From a virus (taxonomy: Duplodnaviria > Caudoviricetes), in IMG/VR virus record IMGVR_UViG_3300038679_000021, positions 1-64,000 of that record: a DNA stretch of 64,000 nt. One strand, 5' to 3'. Below, piece by piece: positions 27,579 to 37,183 of this stretch. Both the position numbers and the translations under genes were made by a program. The number at the start of each line of letters is the position of its first letter. Position 1 is the first letter of the stretch. The notes under the pieces were generated by a model. It was not told where the DNA came from and searched no databases. It was given only the letters and a program-made list of their open reading frames with translations.

Positions 27579-28165
27579 GACTTCAGATCCACAACGCCGA
27601 GATGCAAATTAGAGTACCAAATAGAGCTTCCATAAACGAAGACTTCGTACAGAGGCATACGCCAATGGGTAGTGGTGTGCCCGGTGAAGGTACTAGCAGG
27701 AACAGAAGATGAAGCAATAGCACCCGTCAAAGGAGAAACCGTACCTTCGGCATAGATGATATGCCGAGCCGCCGGAGCCCCTCCGACAAGGACACTCCCA
27801 GAAGTTAAGTCCCAGTTCTGATTAGGCGATAATGAGGCTCCCGGAATCTTCACAAATTGGTTGAATCCCATGACATAGGATTCTCTCAGGTAAACACGGT
27901 AAACAGTCGGACCTTCTTCCATCGAAACAAGACCAAATCCGAAGAGGCTAAGATCCATTGTCCCAGACCCTCTGCGGGACGGAGGCGTCAAAAGGGAGAT
28001 GACTTTCATCCCCCCTTTGATTGCAACTTCGAAATCAGTAGGGCTGAAAAACGTAAGGTTGCTTCTGTTTGCAGAGGCAATCAGAGCATTGTGGTCATCC
28101 CGAACCAAAAACCGTTGGGTGCTTGGGATGGCCGGAATTATCCCAGACTCGGCAGGCGTCTTCAC
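27563..28165 (-). CDS. Putative minor tail protein
   Basis: 200 aa, two genes downstream of the tape measure. Confidence 0.6.
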   Translation of the reverse strand: MKTPAESGIIPAIPSTQRFLVRDDHNALIASANRSNLTFFSPTDFEVAIKGGMKVISLLTPPSRRGSGTMDLSLFGFGLVSMEEGPTVYRVYLRESYVMGFNQFVKIPGASLSPNQNWDLTSGSVLVGGAPAARHIIYAEGTVSPLTGAIASSSVPASTFTGHTTTHWRMPLYEVFVYGSSIWYSNLHLGVVDLKSWLGP

Positions 28166-29226
28166 TCAGATTCCTTGTTAGATAGTTTGAGGACTTTTGC
28201 CAAGTTCTGCGGAGGAAACGCCGTGTAATCCTCAAACGTGGCAGATTCCTCTGTAGTGCCTGTCTTCAGCTTCCGGCGATCATAACAGCCGTCAGGACGC
28301 AAGTAGTGATTCCAACCACCGATGTTATTCGTAGCGTCAAGAACTGCATTCGCCCCTGTTCTTCCCCAAGCATCTTTCCAGATATACTTGATGGAAAAGT
28401 TGTGCGTACCTTTGTATCGAAGGTTTCCTTGGGCATCGAAAACGGGATCAAGATTTCCACCTTCGTAGATTACTGTTTCAGGAGGCATCTTGAAGATCGT
28501 TGCTTCGTTACAACTCTGTGCGGCGTTCGCCATGCGCTCAAGAATGTCATCGAAATCGCGGTAATGCTTGATAACAGTAACGGTTCCCGTGAGAACAGGA
28601 GCCCAAATCTTCCCTTTGTTTGTTCCTCCACCTTTCCAGATCGAGACATTACTCAGAGGGGCGGGATTGGGGGAATATCTATCACGAATAGGGTTCGCCC
28701 AAACAATGTAGTTCCTGAAGAAGTTTCTCGCATCATCCCACGGAATCTTCGAAGCCCCGCCAGTCTCAGAACCAGAGTTGAACATCCAATCAGAAAGGTC
28801 AATAGTATCAGCGGTGAACCCGATAGTGAAAGACTTTTGCCAATCCGCTTCTTTCTGTTCCTCGTCATCGTCAGAGTTTCTCTTTCTAGTTTCGTACTTA
28901 CAAGTGTACTGCACACAAGAAGGATCGTCTTGAGCGATTCCTACATCAATAGATCGGAGAATACAAGTTGTAAAAAGAGGGGAACCACTAGGTATAGGCA
29001 ACGCTAGCATGGAACTTGAAGTCCCGTCAATCCACGGTTGAGGATAACCAAGAGGAGAACGAATAGTAGGAAGAGTTTGGTCAAATCCGGCTTGCTTTCC
29101 ACATTTGAGGCTCTTGAGGAAGACACGGGTAGCTGTAACGCCACCTTCATCATCGACAGTAAGGTTCCACTTACCTTCGATTTCCTTGCACTCAGCGATT
29201 GGAATTGTAGGGGTAACGATAGCCAT
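28162..29226 (-). CDS. Putative distal-tail/hub protein
   Basis: 354 aa, immediately downstream of the tape measure (positional call). Confidence 0.6.
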   Translation of the reverse strand: MAIVTPTIPIAECKEIEGKWNLTVDDEGGVTATRVFLKSLKCGKQAGFDQTLPTIRSPLGYPQPWIDGTSSSMLALPIPSGSPLFTTCILRSIDVGIAQDDPSCVQYTCKYETRKRNSDDDEEQKEADWQKSFTIGFTADTIDLSDWMFNSGSETGGASKIPWDDARNFFRNYIVWANPIRDRYSPNPAPLSNVSIWKGGGTNKGKIWAPVLTGTVTVIKHYRDFDDILERMANAAQSCNEATIFKMPPETVIYEGGNLDPVFDAQGNLRYKGTHNFSIKYIWKDAWGRTGANAVLDATNNIGGWNHYLRPDGCYDRRKLKTGTTEESATFEDYTAFPPQNLAKVLKLSNKESE

Positions 29227-29234
29227 AAAATCCT

Positions 29235-32200
29235 CTACGCGAAGACGCCGCCACCCTTATTTAGAGCCGCAGCGATCTCAGCCGTATTCTTGTTAATATC
29301 ACCGAGATTGTCTTCCGGATCAAACTCTGGGCCTTTATTAGAGGGAATCCCAGAAGTGCCAGCCCCGCCAACAGAAAGATAGGGACTAGGCACTCCATTC
29401 ATAAATCCCGCAGAAAGGGATTGCAAGAACTCATAGAGACCCGCGCCGCCAGCAACGTTGGCGATCTCAATCATTGTGTCTTTGGTTTCTGCCAAAGACT
29501 CGTTAAGTTTTGCATTCTCTTCTGCACTCTTAGCAATAGCGTTAGGAAGAACATTCTCTAAAGACTGAATCTGCAACAAACGCTCTAGGAGTTTATCAAG
29601 AGGAATGTTCGCAAACCAGTTGTTGAAGCTCTTTGAGCCCGGAACAAACCTCTGAAGAGCGGCTCCTTTTCTCTTCTCCCTCTCATCAAACTCTGCAAGA
29701 GCCTGCTGTCGATTAAAAGTAACACTAGGCCCCTCTCCGGGGAACTTCTTCTGCAAAGACTCCTCGAACTCAGAGCGTCGTTTAGCTAGACCTTCTTTGC
29801 TGCTAAACGCAGGGAAAATAGCGGAGAAGACTTCGCGTATCTTGGCAGCAGTACCAGAAAGAGTAGTTTCAGCGGTCTTCTTCCCAAGAAACTTTTCTTG
29901 GGCAATCTGATTCTGTATTCCGGTAGGGAGAGTGTTTGCAGTGATCGCAAAACCGAACTTCTTTTCGAACTCTTGGGAAAGACCTTGAACAGCTTGAGAG
30001 GAGTCGATAGCTTCCTTAGAGATACCCATAGCCCTCATTTTTGCAAAGAGAACTTGGAATCTCTGGTAGAAAGGCCCCATTGCTGCTTCAGTCTTACTGT
30101 AATCCCCAAGCGGAGAGGCTTGAGCCCGATCTTCGGCAACCGCTCCGATTGTCTCACCGAAGATAGCAACTTTTCTCTTTATCTCGGCAGATGCCTTAGC
30201 TGCTTCCTGATTCCCTGCAAATCGCCCGAACAGAAGTTCCCTGAAATAATCTTTCGGGATATCCGGATTCAGCGCACTGATTTCGTCCAGAGCTTCCGCC
30301 ATATTTGCCTTAAAGCCCTCACCAAAGTTTGCAACGCTCTTCTTGATGTCGCCTTTCATTTCCGTCAAAGCAACCTGAAGAGTTGCCTCAACACCAGCTT
30401 GCCGCAAAGCATCAATGACTTGGGAAACAACCTCGGAAGCCCCGCTATCACCTAAGTTTTTAATAAGGGCTTCGTCGAGAACCTGAGTAACGAAGTCACT
30501 GGGGTCTCTTTTAAGACCGAGAGTTTCATTTAACCTAAGCGAATCCTCGATAGCTTTAGTAACTGCCTTACCTACTTGAATAGCCGAGTTCGCACCAACT
30601 CCCGACTTCTCCAAGGCAGCAGTAACTTTACTCCCAATTGTCTCTTCCTCTGACAGGATAGGATCAAAACCATAACGTTGAGTGAAAGTTTCGCGCAACA
30701 TTTTTGCGCGTTCTTTGTTGGCTGCTACCGCTTCTCTTTGAGAAGCTACAAACTTTCTACCTACGTCTATAGGTTCCGGTGAAGGGTAGTCTAAAGAAAC
30801 GTTGGACTCTTTCAGTCTCTTAGCTTTCTCTATGATCCGTGAGGTTTCCTCCCACATCCTGTCTTCAAAAGAATTCGCGTCTAAGAAAGCCTCTCGGAAC
30901 TCTTTGATTTGCCTACGATCAGCAGAGGATCGATGGGCCGTGGCGATCTCGCTTTTTACACTAGATGGGAGAAGAGGCTTCGCAACAAAAGCCCTTGCTG
31001 CGGTCATTCCGGGCAAGTTAAGCCGTAAAATATCCGCAGTAAAGGCATTTGCCATCAGCTTACCGAGCCCGATGAAAATACCTTTAGAAGCTGCGAAAAT
31101 AGAGATTAGTAGATCCGCTAGAGATTTGACCAGCCCCTTCAAAAGGATGTAAACCATCATTAACGTCTTCTTGAAGTCAAGTTTCTCACTTGCCATCTTA
31201 AAGGCGTCACCAAGAGTACTCCCGAGGGCTTTGGCAAAAGGCGCACCACGGAACTCCCACCAACTTCTGATCTTCTCAGAGGTAGCCTTAACTATTTTCC
31301 AGATATTCTTGAAACCAGAGGTCATCCTCTCAACAAAACCCTCTCCTGAACCTAGTGCATAGATCAAAGTGGTAATTGCCATGATCGGAATGGACATTAA
31401 CGTGAGTTTCACAAGAAGAAAACCGAGCCGAAGAAGCATTAAGCCAATCAGCTTGAGAAGAGAGGCAAGACCTTTCAAACTGAGAAATGCTAACATCTTC
31501 AGAACTGCTTTGACGGCACTTCCGCCGAGAACTCGCATAGGCGCGGTCATGTGTCGCCATGTTCCGGCAACCTTGGAGAAGCCAAGAAAAGCCATTACCC
31601 CTGCGAGACGACCAAGCACCGCTCGAAAAGCCACAAATCTCACGACAGCCAAACCAAGAGCCGCCTTTATGATTGCAAACTTAGCCACAGCAATAGCTCC
31701 TAATGCGGCAAAAGCTGCCCCTATTTTCCCTCCCGCAATAACTACCCATAACTTCGAAAAGCTGGTTGTTAAAAGCGTAAGAGGGAAGAGAATACGGAGG
31801 ATTACTCCAAGTACGTTTTTCACAAGACTGAAGCCAAATAAGGCAAACAGCATAGGGAATCCCATAAGAAAAACCCTAAACTTAGAAAAAAGGGCCATGA
31901 TAACTAGAACTGGCCCCACGAAAGCTGTAAAGACGCCAAAACTGACCACGGCTGTTTTTACCTTGGACGGAATCTTGGCAAAAGCGTTAGAAAATCTATC
32001 AATCTGATCTGCGGCACGTCGCACGACAGGAGCAAGATGTTGCCCTAAATCGATCCAAAACGCCTTGAGGCTTTGAGCTACTCTATCGAGGACGAAACCA
32101 AGAGATTTAGTTTGTTCCGCAAACATTCGTTGCGTCATTCCGGCAACGTTGGAGTAAGTACCAACTCTCTGCATATCCGCTGCGAACTCTCTGCCATCAT

Positions 32201-33083
32201 TTCGCGTAAGGCTCATTGCCGCACGCATAGCGCGGATATCTAACTTTAGCTTCCCGATCTCTTCTGCGGAACCATGGGTCACACCTTGTAACCACTTAAA
32301 AGCACCTCCGAGACCTTTTGCACGAATCATTGCCGAACCAGAAGAGTATCCAGCTTCCTTGATCTTATCAATAAACTTTCCGGCGGGCTTGATGAAGGCT
32401 CGCATCATCGAAGATAAGGCAAAGGCGGCACTCGCAGAAGTAAAACCAGCACGGGTGATTGTAGCCATTGCTGCGGAAACTTCACCAATGGAAACACCAG
32501 CAGCGGCAGAATTCGCCATGACATCGCCCATGTGGGCGGCAAGTTCCTCAAAGGTAATAATACCCCACTTAACTGTGGCGAGCATGTGATCGCTTACTTT
32601 TTCGACATCCTGCGCGCTCATCGTATAAGCGTTCAAAGTACTTGCTAGAACTTTGGCAGCAGCCGCAGTAGTGGTCAACCCGGCGCGTGACGCCAGAGCT
32701 GCAACTCGGAGAATCTCCAAGGAATCCGCACCGAAGAATGCGGCTGAAGTGATATCATACAAACCTTTGGCAAGGTCTTCGGGAGGCTTACCAAACTCCC
32801 GAGACAGCTTCATAACAACTTCGGTATAACTCTTGAGGGTCTTTTCAGAGACTCCCGCAAGAGTATTGACGTTCCGCATTGCGGTATCAAGAGCAGCAAA
32901 TGATTTTACTGCCTTATACCCTGCCGCTGTAAGAGCCCCAGTAAACGCGAAAGACATCTGGCGACCAAGAGCCAGCATCCTATTTTCGGTATGATTAACG
33001 CGTGTGACTAACTTGTCTAAAGCTCCCTTGGCTTGCGACCAGTCTGCCCCGATTTGAATGCCTAATGCACCAATGGAAATCAT
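29235..33083 (-). CDS. Tape measure protein (TP901-type)
   Basis: 1282 aa, Ala/Gly-rich helical. SFAALDTAMRNV and GVSIGEVSAAMAT core, central hydrophobic region; follows the chaperone genes. Confidence 0.95.
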   Translation of the reverse strand: MISIGALGIQIGADWSQAKGALDKLVTRVNHTENRMLALGRQMSFAFTGALTAAGYKAVKSFAALDTAMRNVNTLAGVSEKTLKSYTEVVMKLSREFGKPPEDLAKGLYDITSAAFFGADSLEILRVAALASRAGLTTTAAAAKVLASTLNAYTMSAQDVEKVSDHMLATVKWGIITFEELAAHMGDVMANSAAAGVSIGEVSAAMATITRAGFTSASAAFALSSMMRAFIKPAGKFIDKIKEAGYSSGSAMIRAKGLGGAFKWLQGVTHGSAEEIGKLKLDIRAMRAAMSLTRNDGREFAADMQRVGTYSNVAGMTQRMFAEQTKSLGFVLDRVAQSLKAFWIDLGQHLAPVVRRAADQIDRFSNAFAKIPSKVKTAVVSFGVFTAFVGPVLVIMALFSKFRVFLMGFPMLFALFGFSLVKNVLGVILRILFPLTLLTTSFSKLWVVIAGGKIGAAFAALGAIAVAKFAIIKAALGLAVVRFVAFRAVLGRLAGVMAFLGFSKVAGTWRHMTAPMRVLGGSAVKAVLKMLAFLSLKGLASLLKLIGLMLLRLGFLLVKLTLMSIPIMAITTLIYALGSGEGFVERMTSGFKNIWKIVKATSEKIRSWWEFRGAPFAKALGSTLGDAFKMASEKLDFKKTLMMVYILLKGLVKSLADLLISIFAASKGIFIGLGKLMANAFTADILRLNLPGMTAARAFVAKPLLPSSVKSEIATAHRSSADRRQIKEFREAFLDANSFEDRMWEETSRIIEKAKRLKESNVSLDYPSPEPIDVGRKFVASQREAVAANKERAKMLRETFTQRYGFDPILSEEETIGSKVTAALEKSGVGANSAIQVGKAVTKAIEDSLRLNETLGLKRDPSDFVTQVLDEALIKNLGDSGASEVVSQVIDALRQAGVEATLQVALTEMKGDIKKSVANFGEGFKANMAEALDEISALNPDIPKDYFRELLFGRFAGNQEAAKASAEIKRKVAIFGETIGAVAEDRAQASPLGDYSKTEAAMGPFYQRFQVLFAKMRAMGISKEAIDSSQAVQGLSQEFEKKFGFAITANTLPTGIQNQIAQEKFLGKKTAETTLSGTAAKIREVFSAIFPAFSSKEGLAKRRSEFEESLQKKFPGEGPSVTFNRQQALAEFDEREKRKGAALQRFVPGSKSFNNWFANIPLDKLLERLLQIQSLENVLPNAIAKSAEENAKLNESLAETKDTMIEIANVAGGAGLYEFLQSLSAGFMNGVPSPYLSVGGAGTSGIPSNKGPEFDPEDNLGDINKNTAEIAAALNKGGGVFA

Positions 33084-33394
33084 GATCCGATTGCCCCGCT
33101 AACGTCATTTAAGCTAAACTGCTTCTTTCCAGTTTGCTGCGCTAGCAACTTCATATAAGTAATGAAGGACGAATTAGAGTCACCAGACGACTTAGAACCA
33201 CCCTTTTTATACTCTTTTCCTGCCTGAAGTTCAAGCCACTTCACCATGCCTTCGGCATATTCCATAAACTGCGGGAGGGTGAGAGCCGCGATTTTTTCCG
33301 GCTCACACCCTCCGTAAAACTTACCGAGAAAGGCGAAGGTTAATCCCCAGTCAACGTCGGAGAGGCTCCCGCTAGAGACTGTTGAACTTCCGTC
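33080..33394 (-). CDS. Tail assembly chaperone, -1 frameshift extension (GT segment)
   Basis: ORF in the -1 frame starting at the slippery site with no ATG of its own; contains IAALTLPQF. Confidence 0.8.
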   Translation of the reverse strand, partial: DGSSTVSSGSLSDVDWGLTFAFLGKFYGGCEPEKIAALTLPQFMEYAEGMVKWLELQAGKEYKKGGSKSSGDSNSSFITYMKLLAQQTGKKQFSLNDVSGAIGS

Positions 33395-33798
33395 TTTTTT
33401 TTCAAGCCGCAAAGGTACTCAATCCAAGGTGTGAGTTCGTTGAGGTTCTCGATTGTCACCAGAGCCTCGATATCGGCCAGAGTGATCTCAGGGTGCATCT
33501 TCACAACACCCATCCAGATGATCCTCTGCACACCAGACAGCGTGCGGAATTCCTCCTGCACCTTTTCCATCAGAGCGGAGCCCGTAGGAAGCTCACGCCA
33601 AACCCTCTGGAGAAACTCCACCTTTTCCGCACCGGAAAGCGTTGCTGCAATGCGCTGGGCATTCGAAAACTCGCGATCAGTGACGAGCTTCTCGAAAGAA
33701 GCGAAAAGGTCACGAAGGGAGAGTTGCTGCGCCTGAAATTCCCGATCACCAAGCTTCAGGGTGATGGGAGTATTGACCATGTTCTTGAAGTCGATCAT
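33340..33798 (-). CDS. Tail assembly chaperone (G)
   Basis: 152 aa, upstream of the tape measure; ends just past a slippery heptamer. Confidence 0.85.
   Translation of the reverse strand: MIDFKNMVNTPITLKLGDREFQAQQLSLRDLFASFEKLVTDREFSNAQRIAATLSGAEKVEFLQRVWRELPTGSALMEKVQEEFRTLSGVQRIIWMGVVKMHPEITLADIEALVTIENLNELTPWIEYLCGLKKKTEVQQSLAGASPTLTGD
33394..33400 (-). other. Programmed -1 ribosomal frameshift site A AAA AAG
   Basis: TTG AAA AAA AAG ACG in frame 0; the -1 frame continues GAC GGA AGT; predicted fusion about 239 aa. Confidence 0.85.
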
Positions 33799-33799
33799 A

Positions 33800-34930
33800 T
33801 CAGACCTCGATAGCTGCGAGCAGCTTTGTTACTACATTATCAGCCTCAAACTCTGAAACTTGGGCGCGGACACTTTCGGGATCGTAATCCTGCCGATGCT
33901 CGAAAGCCTCAGAAAGAATCTTCACTGCCGCACCTTTGTCGATATGTCCCCAGAAGACTTCGGCATTATCCATGACATTGGTGCAAGGAATCCCGAAACC
34001 AGACTTGATGAGTTCCGTGCAAGCGGAGTTCTGCGCGGCGATGACAGGGGTTCCGCAAGCCTGAGCCTCAATCAGAGGCACACCAAAGCCCTCACCCTTG
34101 CTTGTGTTCAGGTAGAAATCACAAGAAGAGTAGAAAGGCATCAAGTACTCGATCCCCAACATGCCGCAGTCGTACATATACTGCGGAGAGAAGATGAGAT
34201 TCTTCTCAGGGATTTGGAAGAAATCCCGAAGACGAAGAAGATTGAACCCACCTGTTGAGGAATTGGTTGTGGAATGAATCATCAGCAGAGCATCAGGATG
34301 CGTCTTGATGAACTTAGCCCACACTTCGAACATCGCGCAAACATTCTTCCGATCCTGCATAGCGATGATGTTCGCGAAGACCGCACCAACAACGAAACGC
34401 TCTCCCAACTCTGTTTTGATGAGAGGGCTGAGAATATCTCTGGCGTCTTCTTTGGAAAGCGACGTATTGTATTCCTCGGGATCAAAAGCCAGAGGAACAT
34501 ACGTGCTAGGGAACCCTGCATGCGTGAGGACTTCCTTACCGAATTTGGACATCGCCAGAACCTTCTTAGTTCCTTTGAGGCCCCTAGCGGTCAGAGGATG
34601 AAGAGGCCAGCCATCGATGACTGCCCACACAACCCAGTTCGGAAGTTGACCAAAAGCTTCATGCTCAAGATTGTAGATGTCGAAAAGGGAGAGACAAACA
34701 TCGGCGTTGAAGTGCTTGTAGTGCTGCCGAATATACCTACTGCCATAATCTTTAACAAGTGCGTGAGTGGGGTAAATAGGAATGTCGTTCCACATTATCG
34801 GAGTGAGGGTGCCGACAGTAGAGGCACAGGCAACATCGTGCTTTTCTGCGAGTCGTGGAAGCAAGAGCTTGGCTTGCTGTCCGTAACCAGTGGGATTCGT
34901 CGGAGGGACCGTATGGAGCAGGATTCTCAT
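33800..34930 (-). CDS. GT4-family (GT-B) glycosyltransferase within the tail module
   Basis: GEGFGVPLIEAQACGTPVIA (E-x7-E) and N-terminal TGYGQQ. Confidence 0.9.
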   Translation of the reverse strand: MRILLHTVPPTNPTGYGQQAKLLLPRLAEKHDVACASTVGTLTPIMWNDIPIYPTHALVKDYGSRYIRQHYKHFNADVCLSLFDIYNLEHEAFGQLPNWVVWAVIDGWPLHPLTARGLKGTKKVLAMSKFGKEVLTHAGFPSTYVPLAFDPEEYNTSLSKEDARDILSPLIKTELGERFVVGAVFANIIAMQDRKNVCAMFEVWAKFIKTHPDALLMIHSTTNSSTGGFNLLRLRDFFQIPEKNLIFSPQYMYDCGMLGIEYLMPFYSSCDFYLNTSKGEGFGVPLIEAQACGTPVIAAQNSACTELIKSGFGIPCTNVMDNAEVFWGHIDKGAAVKILSEAFEHRQDYDPESVRAQVSEFEADNVVTKLLAAIEV

Positions 34931-34965
34931 TATCTACCTCATTATGTTGATTCTCAAACTTAGGC

Positions 34966-34998
34966 GAGGCGGGGGTAGGGGAGGACTACCCCCGCCTC
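34966..34998 (-). terminator. Hairpin after the tail tube gene
   Basis: Perfect 13-bp stem GAGGCGGGGGTAG/CTACCCCCGCCTC; weak U-tract. Confidence 0.6.
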
Positions 34999-35010
34999 TA
35001 GGGCTGGGGA

Positions 35011-35400
35011 CTAGGACGGATTCAAATTGATCGTAACGACACCGCTGAAGCGGAAGTCGCAGGTGTACTGAACCACACCATCCGAAGGAGTCTCGACCTG
35101 CCAGTTAGTCGTAAAGGCAGAGCCAGAGATCGAAACATCGAAGGCATCACCAGCAGCGCAACCATCCGTCGATGCCATCGTAAGGCTGACTGCGACCAAG
35201 CAATCAGAGAGCGACGGAATATGCGAGCCAGTGCAGACGAAGGAACCAGAAGCGGACTTCAGGCCCTTGACGAAAACTTTCCAGCCAGCGTTGTGTCCAG
35301 CCTCGACCTCATCGGACGCGACTGCAACGTTCCAGCTTTTCAGTTCGCTCACCGTTCCGGTAGCGAAAGAAACAGCACCCTTAACACCAGAGATAGCCAT
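35011..35400 (-). CDS. Tail tube protein
   Basis: 129 aa, ELKSWNVAV...GWKVFVKGLKSASGSF pattern; follows the tail terminator gene. Confidence 0.75.
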   Translation of the reverse strand: MAISGVKGAVSFATGTVSELKSWNVAVASDEVEAGHNAGWKVFVKGLKSASGSFVCTGSHIPSLSDCLVAVSLTMASTDGCAAGDAFDVSISGSAFTTNWQVETPSDGVVQYTCDFRFSGVVTINLNPS

Positions 35401-35416
35401 GATTTAGCCCTTTCGA

Positions 35417-35824
35417 TTACACACTCTGAAGAAGTACCTCATAGTGAATAACATATTGCCACAGATTTTCACCGGGGTCAAGCTGTTTTTCAAACGTTCT
35501 ATGACAGTACACCATACTGAAACTTGCGCCACTAAGGCAGACATTATCAAACAAAGTCTTGGCAAGTTCCGCAATATCCAACGGAGAAGTTGGAGAAATG
35601 TCACTGGAGATAGTTAGTCGGAGAATCCCCTTGAAGAAAGTGACATTGTTTCCGGCAGTTTTCCATACAGAACTCGCCGGAAGAGTCATCACGATGTAAG
35701 GACTTGCCGTACCTTTAGGGGCTCTGGTTTGGTGTAACCCTCCAAGATTGGCGGCTCTCAGGGCAACGGCGGCAGCGGAGGTTCCGTTGTAAGCGGTCAT
35801 ACATGCGACAAAGAGAGGTTTCAT
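35417..35824 (-). CDS. Tail completion/terminator protein
   Basis: 135 aa, APKGTASPYIV motif, position after the gp10-like gene. Confidence 0.7.
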   Translation of the reverse strand: MKPLFVACMTAYNGTSAAAVALRAANLGGLHQTRAPKGTASPYIVMTLPASSVWKTAGNNVTFFKGILRLTISSDISPTSPLDIAELAKTLFDNVCLSGASFSMVYCHRTFEKQLDPGENLWQYVIHYEVLLQSV

Positions 35825-36333
35825 CGTTTTCCTGTCTTGATGATTCTTAGGACTTTATTACTCACTGAAATGTCGCCTAAGATCGGAGTCATATACGGCC
35901 TTGGCTGAATCTTTCCGCCGCCAAACTCCAGTAACTCCGCGTAATCTCCGACAACTTTTGCGTTCCCCCTGTCATCAAATCCTACGAAGTCAGGATCAGG
36001 CCCGACAACCGCAGTTCCTTTTCCGGTCATTTGATAGGTGATTGATTGCCTAAGAGTGTCCGTCTTAACGTAGGGAGGTTCTCCGGGGGACGAATGTTCC
36101 TGATCGTCCATGTGTTCTTCCATACTCGCACGGATTCTATCAACTACTTCCTGCGCGGCTCTTTCGACCCTTCGTTTCATTTCCCTAGTAAGGGCCACAC
36201 CTACTGCTGCGGATTCGATCTTGACCTTGATGCCTATTCCTTTACGCGCAGAGGTCATAGTAGCAAGCAAAGCCCTAACCCCCGTGGGCTTTATCCGCCT
36301 CCGTATAAACGAACAATCAACAAACCTACTCAC
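35821..36333 (-). CDS. HK97 gp10-like neck protein
   Basis: SSPGEPPYVKTDTLRQSI, YAELLEFG...IQPRPYM. Confidence 0.8.
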   Translation of the reverse strand: MSRFVDCSFIRRRIKPTGVRALLATMTSARKGIGIKVKIESAAVGVALTREMKRRVERAAQEVVDRIRASMEEHMDDQEHSSPGEPPYVKTDTLRQSITYQMTGKGTAVVGPDPDFVGFDDRGNAKVVGDYAELLEFGGGKIQPRPYMTPILGDISVSNKVLRIIKTGKR

Positions 36334-36646
36334 GAAGTCTCATCCATAGCTCGGTGTGGTGTGTCATGCCATGCTTTTGATCCACGTAGAGGACATCAAA
36401 AGTCCGCCCCCCATTAACAACACGCGATTTTGAAGTCACCACAGAGTTGGGAAGCATCGCTAGCTTATGAGTGCTGAAGACTGTCTCTTTCAAGAAGAGC
36501 TTCGATTGTTCCTCACCCTGAAGAGACCAAATCCTACAAGGTACAGAAGCGGCAAGAGCAAAAGTGCTGACTTCGCCACCAGCTTCATCTTGCGTGACAA
36601 CTGGGGTATGAATCTCGGCTCTGGTATTGAAAGTGATGTGAATCAT
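36326..36646 (-). CDS. Head-closure/head-tail adaptor (SPP1 gp16-like)
   Basis: QDEAGGEV...VPCRIW...THKL pattern; 106 aa. Confidence 0.8.
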   Translation of the reverse strand: MIHITFNTRAEIHTPVVTQDEAGGEVSTFALAASVPCRIWSLQGEEQSKLFLKETVFSTHKLAMLPNSVVTSKSRVVNGGRTFDVLYVDQKHGMTHHTELWMRLRE

Positions 36647-36649
36647 ACG

Positions 36650-37183
36650 TTAATCCGTGGTTTCGTTGTAGCTACCAAAACGGTCAGACAGAAAGTGAGC
36701 GTCCATATAGGCCAGAGCTATCTCCCCAGTGCCCCACGTGTCCCCAGCAGACAAGCGGATAAGCTTCACGTAAAGAATAGAAGAGTAAACCTCGTTCGTC
36801 GGCGCGGAAAGGTTAGTAATAATAGTATTGATCTTTTGTTTATACTGATCCGCGCTTGCCAACGTAATCGTGATAGTATTGGTGTTGGGGAGCGAGGCAG
36901 GAATCTCGTCGTTGTGATTATACCAACCCCACGCATAGCTGATCTGAATATCGCCAGCAGCAGCCGCAATAGGGATGAAGTGAAGGTGGACCGAATCGAT
37001 AGGTGTACCGAGCGATTTGCGGTGGGGCATCTGAAAGACCATAGAGAAAACATCGTCACGCGCAATGTGCGGCATCACTATACCAGTGGAACGGTATTGC
37101 CTAGGCGTATAAGTGGTAACGCCAGCAAGGGCTGTCTGAAGGATGCCCTGAATGTCGTCGTGATACTTATGGGATGTAATCAT
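36650..37183 (-). CDS. Hypothetical protein (neck-region insertion)
   Basis: 177-aa coupled ORF. Confidence 0.7.
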   Translation of the reverse strand: MITSHKYHDDIQGILQTALAGVTTYTPRQYRSTGIVMPHIARDDVFSMVFQMPHRKSLGTPIDSVHLHFIPIAAAAGDIQISYAWGWYNHNDEIPASLPNTNTITITLASADQYKQKINTIITNLSAPTNEVYSSILYVKLIRLSAGDTWGTGEIALAYMDAHFLSDRFGSYNETTD

